A DNA stretch of 64,000 nt. It comes from an uncultured Victivallaceae bacterium (GTDB lineage Bacteria > Verrucomicrobiota > Lentisphaeria > Victivallales > Victivallaceae). The notes under the pieces were generated by a model. The model was not told where the DNA came from and made no database searches. It worked only from the letters and a program-made list of their open reading frames with translations. The position numbers and the translations under genes are program-made. The DNA is taken from contig CALXOD010000054.1 of NCBI GenBank assembly GCA_944389925.1, positions 1,211-65,210 on the forward strand, read 5' to 3'. This document shows positions 55,305 to 64,000 of the stretch, one piece after another (within the stretch, counting starts at the first letter, position 1; every line of letters starts with the position of its first letter).

Positions 55305-58300
55305 TTATCTGCCGGCTTGATATTCCTGCAGAGATTTCGGCACCGCTTTACCGCTCTTGGCGGCTTTGATACCGGCGACCGTCGCCCGGGCGGCGGCCAT
55401 GGTCGTCACATACGGCACCTTGTACTGGATGGCCATCATCCGGATATAGCTGTCATCGATCTTTCCGGAACGTCCGATCGGAGTATTGATGATCAGCTGT
55501 ACCGTCTTATTCTTAATCAAGTCGCCAATATTCGGACGGCCTTCATTCAATTTTTTAACCACAGTGGCTTCCACACCATGCTCCGCAAGAAATGCCGCCG
55601 TGCCATCGGTCGCCATCAGTTTGAACCCAAGCTCCTGCAATCCGGTCGCCACCGGAAGGAGATACTTGCGTTCCCGCTCATTAACCGAAATCAGCGCCGT
55701 ACCAGTAAGCGGCAGACGGCTGCCCGCCGCCAGCTGTGCCTTGTAATAAGCCAGCCCGAAACATTCGGCAATTCCCATCACTTCGCCGGTCGCCCGCATT
55801 TCCGGGCCCAGTACCGGGTCCACTTCCGGGAACATGTTGAACGGGAAGACCGCTTCTTTGACTCCGACGTAACTGCGATCTTTCTTGACCAGCATATCCT
55901 TGTGATCCGAAAGTTTCATGCCGAGCATCAAGTTGGTGGCAATGCGCGCCAGCGGCACACCGGTGATCTTCGCCACCAGCGGCACCGTCCGGGAGGCCCG
56001 AGGATTGGCTTCGATGATGTACACCTCATCGTCACACACGGCAAACTGTACATTCAGGATACCGATCACCTTGAAGTCACGAGCAATCGCCGCAGCCTGT
56101 TCCTCAATCGTCCGGATGTGTTTTTCAGGCAGGCTGACCGGAGGAATCGTACAGGCAGAGTCTCCGGAATGGATCCCGGCCAGTTCAATATGTTCCATCA
56201 CCGTAGCCACGAACGTATTCTCACCATCGGAAAGCGCGTCCACTTCCGCTTCGATTGCATTGTCAAGGAAACGGTCGATCAGCATCGGGTATTCCGGACT
56301 GACCTGAATGGCTTCCACCGCATAACGGGTCAGCATGGCTTCATCGTACAACACCGCCATGCCACGACCGCCCAACACAAAAGAGGGGCGTACCATCACC
56401 GGATAACCGATGCTGCGTCCCAACGCGATCGCTTCGTCCAGCGAACGGGCGGTCCCGCTTTCCGGCTGCCGGATGCCGAGTGCGATCATCCGTTCGCGGA
56501 AGTATTCGCGGTCTTCCGCCAGTCGGATTCCTTCCGGCTGGGTGCCGATAATGTGCACCCCCAGATCCTTGAGTTCCTGCGCGATATTCAGCGGGGTCTG
56601 ACCGCCGAACTGGACAATCACCCCATCGGGTTTTTCCTTGCTGTAAATAGCCAGCACATCTTCCACCGTCAACGGTTCGAAATACAGTTTGTCACTGGTA
56701 TCGTAGTCCGTGGAAACCGTTTCCGGATTGCAGTTGACCAGCACCGTTTCATATCCGGCGTCCCGAAGCGCAAAAGCCGCATGTACGCACGTATAGTCGA
56801 ATTCGATCCCCTGCCCGATCCGGTTCGGACCACCACCGAGAATCATGATCTTGCGCCGGTCGCTCACCGGCACTTCATCCGGTACACCGGCATAGGTGGA
56901 ATAATAGTAATCAGCGTCTTCCACGCCACTGACCGGAACCCGGCAGAAAGTGGCGACAATGCCCGCCTTGATGCGCCGGGAACGGATGTCTTTTTCCGCC
57001 ACGTTGAACAAACGAGCCAGATATCGGTCGGAGAAACCGTCCGCCTTGGCCTTCTTCAGCAGTTCATCCGGCAGAGACATCCAGTTACAGCGGCTCAATT
57101 CCAGTTCCAGATCAACGAGTTCCTTCATCTGTTCGATGAAATAACCGGTAATCCGGGTCATCTTCAGCACCTCTTCGACGCTCATGCCTTTTTTCATGGC
57201 TTCATAAATGAGGAAGAAGCGTTCGCTGGAAGGCATGGTCAACTTTTCCCGCAATTCTTCAAGCGTCAGCTTTTCGAATTTCTTGACCATGCCGAGACCA
57301 TAACGGCCGGTTTCAAGCGAGCGGATGGCTTTCTGAAACGCCTCCTTGAAGGTTTTACCGATGGACATGACTTCGCCCACGGCCTTCATCTGAGTACCGA
57401 GCACATCCCGGGCCTGAGGGAATTTTTCAAACGCCCAGCGGGCGAACTTGACCACGACATAATCGCCGGACGGCGTGTATTTTTCCAGCGAACCATCCCG
57501 CCAGTAGGGCATCTCATCCAGAGTCATTCCGGAAGCCAGTTTGGTGGAAACGCTGGCAATCGGGAACCCCGTCGCCTTGGAAGCCAGCGCACTGGAGCGG
57601 GAGGTCCGCGGGTTGATTTCAATAACGATCACCCGGTTATCTTCCCGGTTGTGAGCGAACTGGACGTTGCAGCCGCCGATCACCCCGATTGCATCCATGA
57701 TCCGGTAGGAATAATCCTGCAGAAGATCCATCACTTCTTTCGGCACGGTCAGCATCGGCGCCACACAGAAACTGTCCCCGGTATGCACCCCCATCGGATC
57801 GACGTTTTCGATGAAACACACCGTGATCTTCTGGCTTTTGGCATCGCGGACAACTTCCAACTCCAGTTCTTCCCAGCCCAGTACACACTCTTCGATCAAC
57901 ACCTGGCCGATCAGACTGGCGCTGATCCCGCGTGACACAATCTGACGCAACTCCTCAACGTTGTAGACGATCCCGCCGCCGGTCCCCCCCATGGTATAGG
58001 CCGGACGCACCACGACCGGGAAGCCCAGCTCATGCGCCACTTTTTCCGCCTCTTCCACCGAATAGCAGGGTTCCGACTTCGCCACCGGCACGCCGATCCG
58101 CGTCATGGTTTCCTTGAATTCGATCCGGTCCTCGCCCCGCTTGATCGCTTCGAGATCGACACCGATTACCTGCACACCGTATTTCTTCAGGATGCCGCCG
58201 TCTTCCAGTGCAATGGCCAGATTGAGTGCCGTCTGACCGCCGAGATTCGGCAACAGCGCATCCGGCCGTTCTTTGGCGATAATGCCTTCCAGACTGTCCA

Positions 58301-58511
58301 CAGTCAACGGTTCGATATAGGTATGATCCGCCATGCCGGGGTCGGTCATGATGGTAGCCGGATTGCTGTTGGCAAGAACGATTTCATATCCCTCTTCCCG
58401 AAGGGCCTTGCAGGCCTGGGTTCCGGAATAGTCAAATTCACAGGCTTGTCCGATCACAATCGGCCCGGAACCGATGATCAGAATTTTTTTAATGTCGGTA
58501 CGTTGCGGCAT
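55305..58511 (-). CDS. carB: carbamoyl-phosphate synthase large subunit
   Basis: 1068-aa ORF with duplicated ATP-grasp halves (MPQRTDIKKILIIGSGPIVIGQACEFDYSG... and ...KIMILGGGPNRIGQGIEFDY...) and a C-terminal MGS-like allosteric domain. Confidence 0.97.
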   Translation of the reverse strand: MPQRTDIKKILIIGSGPIVIGQACEFDYSGTQACKALREEGYEIVLANSNPATIMTDPGMADHTYIEPLTVDSLEGIIAKERPDALLPNLGGQTALNLAIALEDGGILKKYGVQVIGVDLEAIKRGEDRIEFKETMTRIGVPVAKSEPCYSVEEAEKVAHELGFPVVVRPAYTMGGTGGGIVYNVEELRQIVSRGISASLIGQVLIEECVLGWEELELEVVRDAKSQKITVCFIENVDPMGVHTGDSFCVAPMLTVPKEVMDLLQDYSYRIMDAIGVIGGCNVQFAHNREDNRVIVIEINPRTSRSSALASKATGFPIASVSTKLASGMTLDEMPYWRDGSLEKYTPSGDYVVVKFARWAFEKFPQARDVLGTQMKAVGEVMSIGKTFKEAFQKAIRSLETGRYGLGMVKKFEKLTLEELREKLTMPSSERFFLIYEAMKKGMSVEEVLKMTRITGYFIEQMKELVDLELELSRCNWMSLPDELLKKAKADGFSDRYLARLFNVAEKDIRSRRIKAGIVATFCRVPVSGVEDADYYYSTYAGVPDEVPVSDRRKIMILGGGPNRIGQGIEFDYTCVHAAFALRDAGYETVLVNCNPETVSTDYDTSDKLYFEPLTVEDVLAIYSKEKPDGVIVQFGGQTPLNIAQELKDLGVHIIGTQPEGIRLAEDREYFRERMIALGIRQPESGTARSLDEAIALGRSIGYPVMVRPSFVLGGRGMAVLYDEAMLTRYAVEAIQVSPEYPMLIDRFLDNAIEAEVDALSDGENTFVATVMEHIELAGIHSGDSACTIPPVSLPEKHIRTIEEQAAAIARDFKVIGILNVQFAVCDDEVYIIEANPRASRTVPLVAKITGVPLARIATNLMLGMKLSDHKDMLVKKDRSYVGVKEAVFPFNMFPEVDPVLGPEMRATGEVMGIAECFGLAYYKAQLAAGSRLPLTGTALISVNERERKYLLPVATGLQELGFKLMATDGTAAFLAEHGVEATVVKKLNEGRPNIGDLIKNKTVQLIINTPIGRSGKIDDSYIRMMAIQYKVPYVTTMAAARATVAGIKAAKSGKAVPKSLQEYQAGR

Positions 58512-58606
58512 GGGCGGGTCCTTTCTGCGTAAATATCACAATCTGCTGATTTTCTATATGGAAAAGGCTTCGCCGGGAGAAGCGCCCTCCGACGAAACCG
58601 GAATGT

Positions 58607-58635
58607 AATATACTCCCGCAATGCCCTTCTGTCAA
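58607..58635 (-). promoter_or_regulatory. sigma70-like promoter candidate for carB
   Basis: On the minus strand: TTGACA (58635-58630), 17 nt, TATATT (58612-58607), about 95 nt upstream of the carB ATG. Confidence 0.5.
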
Positions 58636-58676
58636 GACCGCCCCCCGGTGGATTTCCGGGTTTTCCAGGCAATGCG

Positions 58677-60005
58677 TTATCCTCTGCGGAACAGCCGCCA
58701 CCCCAGAACCAGTCCGCTCAACATCAGCACTCCGGCGGCAATGATCAACCCCTGCCGATGGTCCCATCCCGACGGCGGCGGCCGAAAATCCGGATTGTTC
58801 TGTCGCGCCTCCAGCGTATAAGCAACTTCGTTACCGCGTTTTCGATTCAACAACTCCTGAATGTCATATTCCGGCAGGGATGCCGCGGCTCCAAAATAGA
58901 GCCGCAATGTCTCCGCGGCAGGGAAAGGAAGCACTACCTGATAAACCGGTCCGGAAAGCCGGACTCCCGGCCCCTGCAGCGGCAGCTGAGCCCCGTTGAA
59001 AATCCGCAATTCATAGGCGCTGCAACGCTGTTCCGGAAAGGTAAGGATCGCGCTGTCCGTCTCCGCCAGCTTCATAGCTGTCCCTTCCGCCAGCATCCGC
59101 ATGACACCATCTTTTCCGGCGCCATACAACGCGATGCGACGATAAAAAAACGGGGTCTCCGCCAACAGCTCCAACTGCGTCAACGGCGCCCGTTTGGCCT
59201 CAAACCCAATCACCGTCTCGCCCGGCAGCTCCTCCACACGTGTAATGGAAACCGGATACGGTTCACACACCGGCACAACTTCCGGAGCGGATTCCCGGGA
59301 AAGTCCGACCGCCCGTACATCATCCACATTCAGAGCTCCGGAACGAATCTCCCGCAACCGGGCGGGATCCGCCCCGGGATAATCCTGCCAGAACTGCCCC
59401 AGAGGCGTCGGACGGCTGGCATCCACTTTCCGGATAGTCAAACGGAAAAAACGGTGCAGAGACGGCCGTATCGCAATGGTGTTTTTCTGCAACCCCTCCC
59501 GTGCAGAACAGCCGAATATCACCTGTTCGCCCAGCAGTTCCCAAACCTCTCCATCCGGCCCCCCTTCCACCCGGACCAGCCGCTCGAAATCATGGGAGGC
59601 GGTTACCACTTCAAACTCACGGATTTCCCGATAATCGCCGCTGACCTCCAGCAAGAATCGTTCTTCATCCCGCTGTGGATGGCGCGTTCTTGAAACCACC
59701 TTCAGTTCTGCCGGCCCGGAAGGGCGCGTCTGACGAGATTCTACCACGCGTTCCACCAAAAACGGCACTTCCCGATGTTCCAGCGTGAACACCCGAAGAT
59801 CCGACAGCAAACTCTCCGTCAGCTCATAAAAATCCTGATCCAGTTTCATCAGTGCCGGCTTCCCCCCCCGCACCGCGGCGGCGGTAATCCGGGCCCGTTT
59901 GAAACGGGGGAACAATGTCCGGTCATCTTCCGCCCCGACAGCGGTGCAGATCATCGTCAACAGCAACAGACCGGCAATCGTCCACCGGTAAAAGATTCTA
60001 TTCAT
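58677..60005 (-). CDS. hypothetical secreted protein with C-terminal membrane anchor
   Basis: ORF 58677-60455. Only the part from ATG 60005 looks genuine: it gives the signal peptide MNRIFYRWTIAGLLLLTMICTAVGA, a ~400-aa soluble part, and a C-terminal helix LIIAAGVLMLSGLVLGW followed by RLFRRG. Possibly DUF3999-like; unverified recollection. Confidence 0.6.
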   Translation of the reverse strand: MNRIFYRWTIAGLLLLTMICTAVGAEDDRTLFPRFKRARITAAAVRGGKPALMKLDQDFYELTESLLSDLRVFTLEHREVPFLVERVVESRQTRPSGPAELKVVSRTRHPQRDEERFLLEVSGDYREIREFEVVTASHDFERLVRVEGGPDGEVWELLGEQVIFGCSAREGLQKNTIAIRPSLHRFFRLTIRKVDASRPTPLGQFWQDYPGADPARLREIRSGALNVDDVRAVGLSRESAPEVVPVCEPYPVSITRVEELPGETVIGFEAKRAPLTQLELLAETPFFYRRIALYGAGKDGVMRMLAEGTAMKLAETDSAILTFPEQRCSAYELRIFNGAQLPLQGPGVRLSGPVYQVVLPFPAAETLRLYFGAAASLPEYDIQELLNRKRGNEVAYTLEARQNNPDFRPPPSGWDHRQGLIIAAGVLMLSGLVLGWRLFRRG

Positions 60006-60167
60006 AGATTGCTTCCAAAATACTTTTTTAGGTCTCTCATATCTGTTCAAAATACACCTTTTTCCACCCAGTTGCAACCTTCCAGTGTAAAAACCGTTTG
60101 AAAAGTACCTGATCCATGATACAGTTTCTCCGGAAAAGGTAAATGATTTCACGCGGAGAAACGCCTC

Positions 60168-61943
60168 ATGAACAACCGATACCCCATTTATACCGAAGAT
60201 GCCGAGTGTCAGGATTGCTACAAGTGCGTCCGCCGTTGCCCGGTCAAGGCCATCCGGGTCCGGGACGGTCGCGCCGCCGTCATGCCGGAAAACTGCATCG
60301 GCTGCGGCCGTTGCGTCGAAGTCTGCCCGGTTCATGCCAAACGCGTCCGCTCTGATCTCGCCCGGGTCCGGATGCTGTTGCGTTCCGAGCGTCCGGTCTA
60401 CGTCTCTCTGGCCCCCTCCCATGTCAGTGAATATCAGCGGTATCAGCCAGGTCAATTAATCGCCGCCCTGAGAAAACTGGGCTTTACCGGGGTCGGAGAA
60501 ACCGCCGTCGGCGCACAGCTGGTCAGCGCGGCGGTCGCCGCTGAACTGAACCGGATGGCACGAGGGGTAATGATCTCTTCCGCCTGCCCGGCAGCAGCGG
60601 ACTTTATACGCAAATATCTGCCTCAGTTCGCCAGTGCCATCACACCGGTACTTTCTCCGGTCATGGCTCATGCCCGGTATCTGCGCGACCATTTCGGTGA
60701 CGGAATTGCCGTGGTGTTCGTCGGCCCCTGCATTGCCAAGAAAAATGAAGCCGATCGCCATGAAGCACTCCTGACGCTGGCCCTTACCTATCCGGAACTC
60801 AATCAACTGCTCCAGGAACATGATATCGATCCGCTCCGCCTGACACCCGGCCCGGAAGACCATTTCGTGCCGGGAAACGCCGCCGAAGGCGCCCTGTACC
60901 CCATCGAGGGCGGCATGATCGAAACCATCCGCCCGCTGTGTCACAACCCGCGGGTTCGCTACGCCTCCATCAGCGGCATCGGCAGTCTGGCGCTGGCACT
61001 GGAAGGTCTGTCCCCGGATGAAGTCGATGTGCCGGTTTTCCTGGAAACACTCGCCTGTGGCGGCGGATGCGTACACGGTCCACAATCGGAACACCGGTCG
61101 CCGGGACTGCTGGAACGGCTGCGCATTCTGGAATCCGCCGTGACGCTCCCGGAAATTCCGCCGCGCAGTACACCGGGAGATTTCTCCGGCGAATTTTCCC
61201 CGGATCCGGTGGCGACGGAAACCGTTGATGATGCAAAACTCCGGGAAGCACTGCACCGTATCGGCAAGTTCCGCCCCGAAGATGAATTGAACTGCGGCGG
61301 ATGTGGCTATGACAGTTGCCGGGAATTCGCCCGCGCCCTGATCGCCGGAAACGGAGAAAACGCCATGTGTGTTTCCTATATGCGGAAACTTGCACAGAAA
61401 AAAGCGAACGCCCTCCTCCGCTGCATGCCCGCCGGCGTTGCGGTAGTGGACAAAAATCTCGCCATTGTGGAATGCAACCGGATGTTCGCTGAGCTGCTCG
61501 GACCGGACTGTCTGGACGCCTTCGAGGCCTGTCCCGGCATGGCAGGAGCGGATCTGCGACGAATGGCCTCTTTCGCTCCACTCTTTCAGGAAGTGATCGA
61601 ATCCGGTCGGGAATTAAAACGGGATTACCTCAAAGTCGGCGAGCATCTGTTTAACCTCACCATCTTCCCGATTGAGGCAGGAGCGGTGGCCGGTGCAGTC
61701 ATTTTCGACGTAACCCACACCGAACTGCATCGCTCTGAAATCGCCGCGCGCGCCCGGGAAGTTATCGACAAAAATCTTGCCGCGGTTCAGGAAATCGCCT
61801 GCCGCCTCGGCGAACACATGGCCGATACCGAACTTCTGCTGCGCTCCATCGCCGACGATTACCCGGACGAGGAAATCAGTACACCGAATCCGGGTAATAG
61901 TGCTGCGCCGCGTTCTCCTGCGTCACCACCTGCGACGGAATAA
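60168..61943 (+). CDS. HydS-like putative sensory [FeFe]-hydrogenase (2x[4Fe-4S] ferredoxin domain, H-cluster domain, extra 4-Cys motif, PAS domain)
   Basis: 591-aa ORF with CQDCYKCVRRCP and CIGCGRCVEVCP. H-cluster motif equivalents are SSACP (res 137-141), GPCIAKKNE (186-194) and ETLACGGGCVHGPQ (292-305). The extra motif is CGGCGYDSC-x16-C (376-401), followed by a PAS-like ~120 aa. Confidence 0.75.
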   Translation: MNNRYPIYTEDAECQDCYKCVRRCPVKAIRVRDGRAAVMPENCIGCGRCVEVCPVHAKRVRSDLARVRMLLRSERPVYVSLAPSHVSEYQRYQPGQLIAALRKLGFTGVGETAVGAQLVSAAVAAELNRMARGVMISSACPAAADFIRKYLPQFASAITPVLSPVMAHARYLRDHFGDGIAVVFVGPCIAKKNEADRHEALLTLALTYPELNQLLQEHDIDPLRLTPGPEDHFVPGNAAEGALYPIEGGMIETIRPLCHNPRVRYASISGIGSLALALEGLSPDEVDVPVFLETLACGGGCVHGPQSEHRSPGLLERLRILESAVTLPEIPPRSTPGDFSGEFSPDPVATETVDDAKLREALHRIGKFRPEDELNCGGCGYDSCREFARALIAGNGENAMCVSYMRKLAQKKANALLRCMPAGVAVVDKNLAIVECNRMFAELLGPDCLDAFEACPGMAGADLRRMASFAPLFQEVIESGRELKRDYLKVGEHLFNLTIFPIEAGAVAGAVIFDVTHTELHRSEIAARAREVIDKNLAAVQEIACRLGEHMADTELLLRSIADDYPDEEISTPNPGNSAAPRSPASPPATE

Positions 61944-62847
61944 GAATTTCCGCCTGGTCGTCGACGGGTTTCCCACCGTTGCGTACTCCTGTCAGTGCCT
62001 GTTCCATTGCAGTCCGGATCATGCGTGGAGAATAGGTGACGGTCGCCCGTACCAGCGGGTCTCCGTCCCGCACTTTACGCACCGTATCTTTGCTGCCACC
62101 GCCGCCGACCATCGCTTTGATATCCTGTCGGCCGGATTCCTCATAAGCCTTGACGGCACCAATCAGTACATCGTCATCTCCGGCCCAGACAGCATCGATT
62201 TTCGGATATTTCTGCAGGTAATTTTCCATCAGCGCCAAGCCTTTTTCGGTATTCCAACCGGCGCTCTGGCTGGCCAGAATGCGAATCTTCGGGTATTTTT
62301 CGGTCAAAACCTGCCGGAATCCTTCCACCCGGTCGGTATTGATCGGACACGGAATCCCTTCCATAACCACAATATCTCCTCCCTCCGGCAACAGTTTTCC
62401 CATCGCCTCCGCCGCCGCTGCACCAAAACTGCGGTTATCGCCATTGACGAAAAGATTCTGTACCGGCCGATCCAACGGGTTGGAGACCACCACCAGATAC
62501 ACTCCGCGCCGCGCCGCCTCCTCACAGATCGCCGTCACCGGTCCCGGCTCCTGACTCATCACTACCAGCGCCTGCAAATCGCGGGAAAGGAGATTTTCAA
62601 TCCGGTTGACCTGATCAGCACTGTCCGCACTGGTGGCGATAAGCACCTTCACATCCGGATTACCGGCTTCCAGCGACTTTGCCGCCTCTTCGGCATTCCA
62701 TACCACCCCACCGGTCCAGCCGTGAGTCGCCGCGGGAATGGAAACGCCGATCCGGATTGTTTTCCCCTCATCTTCAGCACGTCCACATCCAGCCAGAAGC
62801 GCGATTGCCAACACCCCTGCACAACCCAACCAATGCCAGGCCTTCAT
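61876..62847 (-). CDS. sugar-type periplasmic binding protein (PBP1/RbsB-like) lipoprotein
   Basis: 323-aa ORF with lipobox LLAGC and an alternating beta/alpha pattern. Typical segments are IRIGVSIP, VVMSQEP and AVWAGDDDVLIGAV. No ABC permease or ATPase genes are nearby. Confidence 0.75.
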   Translation of the reverse strand: MKAWHWLGCAGVLAIALLAGCGRAEDEGKTIRIGVSIPAATHGWTGGVVWNAEEAAKSLEAGNPDVKVLIATSADSADQVNRIENLLSRDLQALVVMSQEPGPVTAICEEAARRGVYLVVVSNPLDRPVQNLFVNGDNRSFGAAAAEAMGKLLPEGGDIVVMEGIPCPINTDRVEGFRQVLTEKYPKIRILASQSAGWNTEKGLALMENYLQKYPKIDAVWAGDDDVLIGAVKAYEESGRQDIKAMVGGGGSKDTVRKVRDGDPLVRATVTYSPRMIRTAMEQALTGVRNGGKPVDDQAEILIPSQVVTQENAAQHYYPDSVY

Positions 62848-63407
62848 TCTGTTTCCCCTTTCCCGGAAAGTTCCGGAGCTTCCTTTTTTTCCACCTTCTT
62901 CGATTCCGGCCGCAACAGGCTGGACAGTAGAAAAACGCCGACGCCAATGCAGATCGCGCAGTCGGCTATATTGAATACCGGGTAATGATAGCTTTTGTAG
63001 TAAACGTCAAAAAAATCGACCACTTCGCCGCGCCAGATCCGGTCGATGGAATTGCCCAGCACACCGGACAGAACAGTGAAAATCGCCCAGTAACGCTCCG
63101 GCCAACCATCCGCCAGCGTGCGCAGAAACCATAAGGCGGCCACAAACACCACCGCAGCCACCGATAACAACAGCCCCCCCTGCCCTTCGAACGTGCTCCA
63201 GGCCGCCCCCCGGTTCGTCACATAAGTCAAAGAGAAAAAGCCGTCTATCAACGGACGGCTCTCATATTTGACAAAAGAGTGCTCCACTGCCACCTTGCTG
63301 ACCTGATCCAGCACCAGCAACAGCCCGGCCCAACCGAGCGACCAACCGATCCAGTGGTGTTCCCGGGCGGATCCGGGACGTACTTTCCGCAGCCAGGCAC
63401 CTTTCAT
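62844..63407 (-). CDS. lspA: lipoprotein signal peptidase II
   Basis: ORF 62844-63446, with the start at ATG 63407 or 63446. LspA motifs: LDQVSK, NRGAAWS, GNSIDR, VVDFF, FNIADCAI. The stop overlaps the downstream lipoprotein gene start (ATGA). Confidence 0.9.
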   Translation of the reverse strand: MKGAWLRKVRPGSAREHHWIGWSLGWAGLLLVLDQVSKVAVEHSFVKYESRPLIDGFFSLTYVTNRGAAWSTFEGQGGLLLSVAAVVFVAALWFLRTLADGWPERYWAIFTVLSGVLGNSIDRIWRGEVVDFFDVYYKSYHYPVFNIADCAICIGVGVFLLSSLLRPESKKVEKKEAPELSGKGETE

Positions 63408-63423
63408 GCTGGCATGCTTCCGG

Positions 63424-63819
63424 TCAGAACCGGTTGCGCTGTTCATGCGCAGACTTGCATTTCACACAATAAATCGCATACGGGCGAGCTTCCAGACGGG
63501 CTTCGCCGATATCGCCGCCGCAATCCAGACATTTCCCATATTCCCCGTCGATCAGCCGCTGAATGGCTCCTTCAATCAGCTCCAGCACATTGCCTTCCTC
63601 GGTCAACAGACGCAACTCCATTTCATGACGGGAGTTATCGCTACTCACATCCGCCATATGCGTCGTGACGCCGCGTTTATCGGCATTGCTGCAGTCCAAA
63701 GCATCTTCAGCATGATACTGCATGCGGCCGAGAACCATTTCACGGGCATGAAGCAAACGTTCGTAACGAATTTTATCTATGCCTTCAAATTGCGGCACTA
63801 CGTTCGATTTCCTGGCCAT
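63424..63819 (-). CDS. dksA: DksA/TraR family C4-type zinc-finger protein
   Basis: 131-aa ORF with a coiled-coil N-terminal part and the zinc finger CLDCGGDI...CVKC. Confidence 0.85.
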   Translation of the reverse strand: MARKSNVVPQFEGIDKIRYERLLHAREMVLGRMQYHAEDALDCSNADKRGVTTHMADVSSDNSRHEMELRLLTEEGNVLELIEGAIQRLIDGEYGKCLDCGGDIGEARLEARPYAIYCVKCKSAHEQRNRF

Positions 63820-64000
63820 GAACTTTCTCCTGCTTTAACTGGTTCGACTTGAAAAACAACGAACATTCCAGTGATGACACGGCAATCTCAATCACGCCGG
63901 TCGGAAAAACGGCGATCAATCAAGCAAAAACCTACTCTTCCACAGAAACTTCGTTCCTCCACTGCGAACTTTAATATATATCTTCCGGGGCATTTTTTCA

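Noticed and set aside
55317-57935. 872-aa plus-strand ORF
   Set aside because: It lies entirely antisense to carB, whose product is an unmistakable carbamoyl-phosphate synthase. The translation is Arg/His/Gly/Pro-rich low complexity, typical of shadow ORFs in high-GC DNA.
60006-60455. 150-residue N-terminal extension of ORF 58677-60455
   Set aside because: The extension overlaps the hydS-like gene start region on the opposite strand and has no signal or domain features. An internal ATG at 60005 yields a clean signal peptide, so the shorter gene was called.
1-64000. Search for mobile elements, prophage, CRISPR, toxin-antitoxin or known defence-system genes
   Set aside because: No transposase, integrase, Cas, restriction-modification, reverse transcriptase, or nuclease/ATPase defence-like ORFs were recognised. 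No tRNA genes or flanking direct repeats suggest an island. The window reads as core chromosome.

Overview
High-GC (roughly 60% by eye), gene-dense chromosomal core segment with about 55 protein genes, one ncRNA and one pseudogene. I found no rRNA, tRNA, CRISPR array, transposase, integrase or recognisable defence genes. Most content is housekeeping. It covers SRP (ffh plus a 4.5S-type SRP RNA), replication and repair (dnaX-ybaB, pcrA), division (ftsA-ftsZ), and biosynthesis (ilvD, an ilvE-panC-hisD-hisC block, proC, pdxB, metY, carB, purO). It also holds a methyl-cycle cluster (metK, adenosine kinase, ahcY), HPr plus Enzyme I, and envelope functions (mlaEF, pal, blc, lspA, uppP, several glycosyltransferases). 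Four traits point to an anaerobic member of the PVC superphylum (Lentisphaerota/Kiritimatiellota/Verrucomicrobiota-like), which is inference only: a pseudopilin-like gene ([16 protein letters not shown]) inside a catabolic-looking operon, a strongly divergent FtsZ, an archaeal-type IMP cyclohydrolase, and a HydS-like hydrogenase. The most noteworthy observations are these. (1) A tightly packed operon of an AraR-like regulator, a pseudopilin-like protein and a ~1,400-aa secreted enzyme, which looks like a pilin-linked glycan-utilisation module of unresolved mechanism. (2) A HydS-type putative sensory [FeFe]-hydrogenase with a PAS domain but no output domain. (3) An A9 run in dnaX flanked by immediate stops in both alternative frames, a candidate tau/gamma recoding site. 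(4) A divergent ftsZ whose GTP-binding signature is encoded by C9 and C10 homopolymer tracts. (5) A GT2 glycosyltransferase gene broken by three +1 shifts, at least two in homopolymer runs. (6) An unusual fusion of a WecA/MraY-type phosphoglycosyl transferase with a WbaP/CapD-type accessory module. All functional calls come from reading motifs by eye; no database search was possible.
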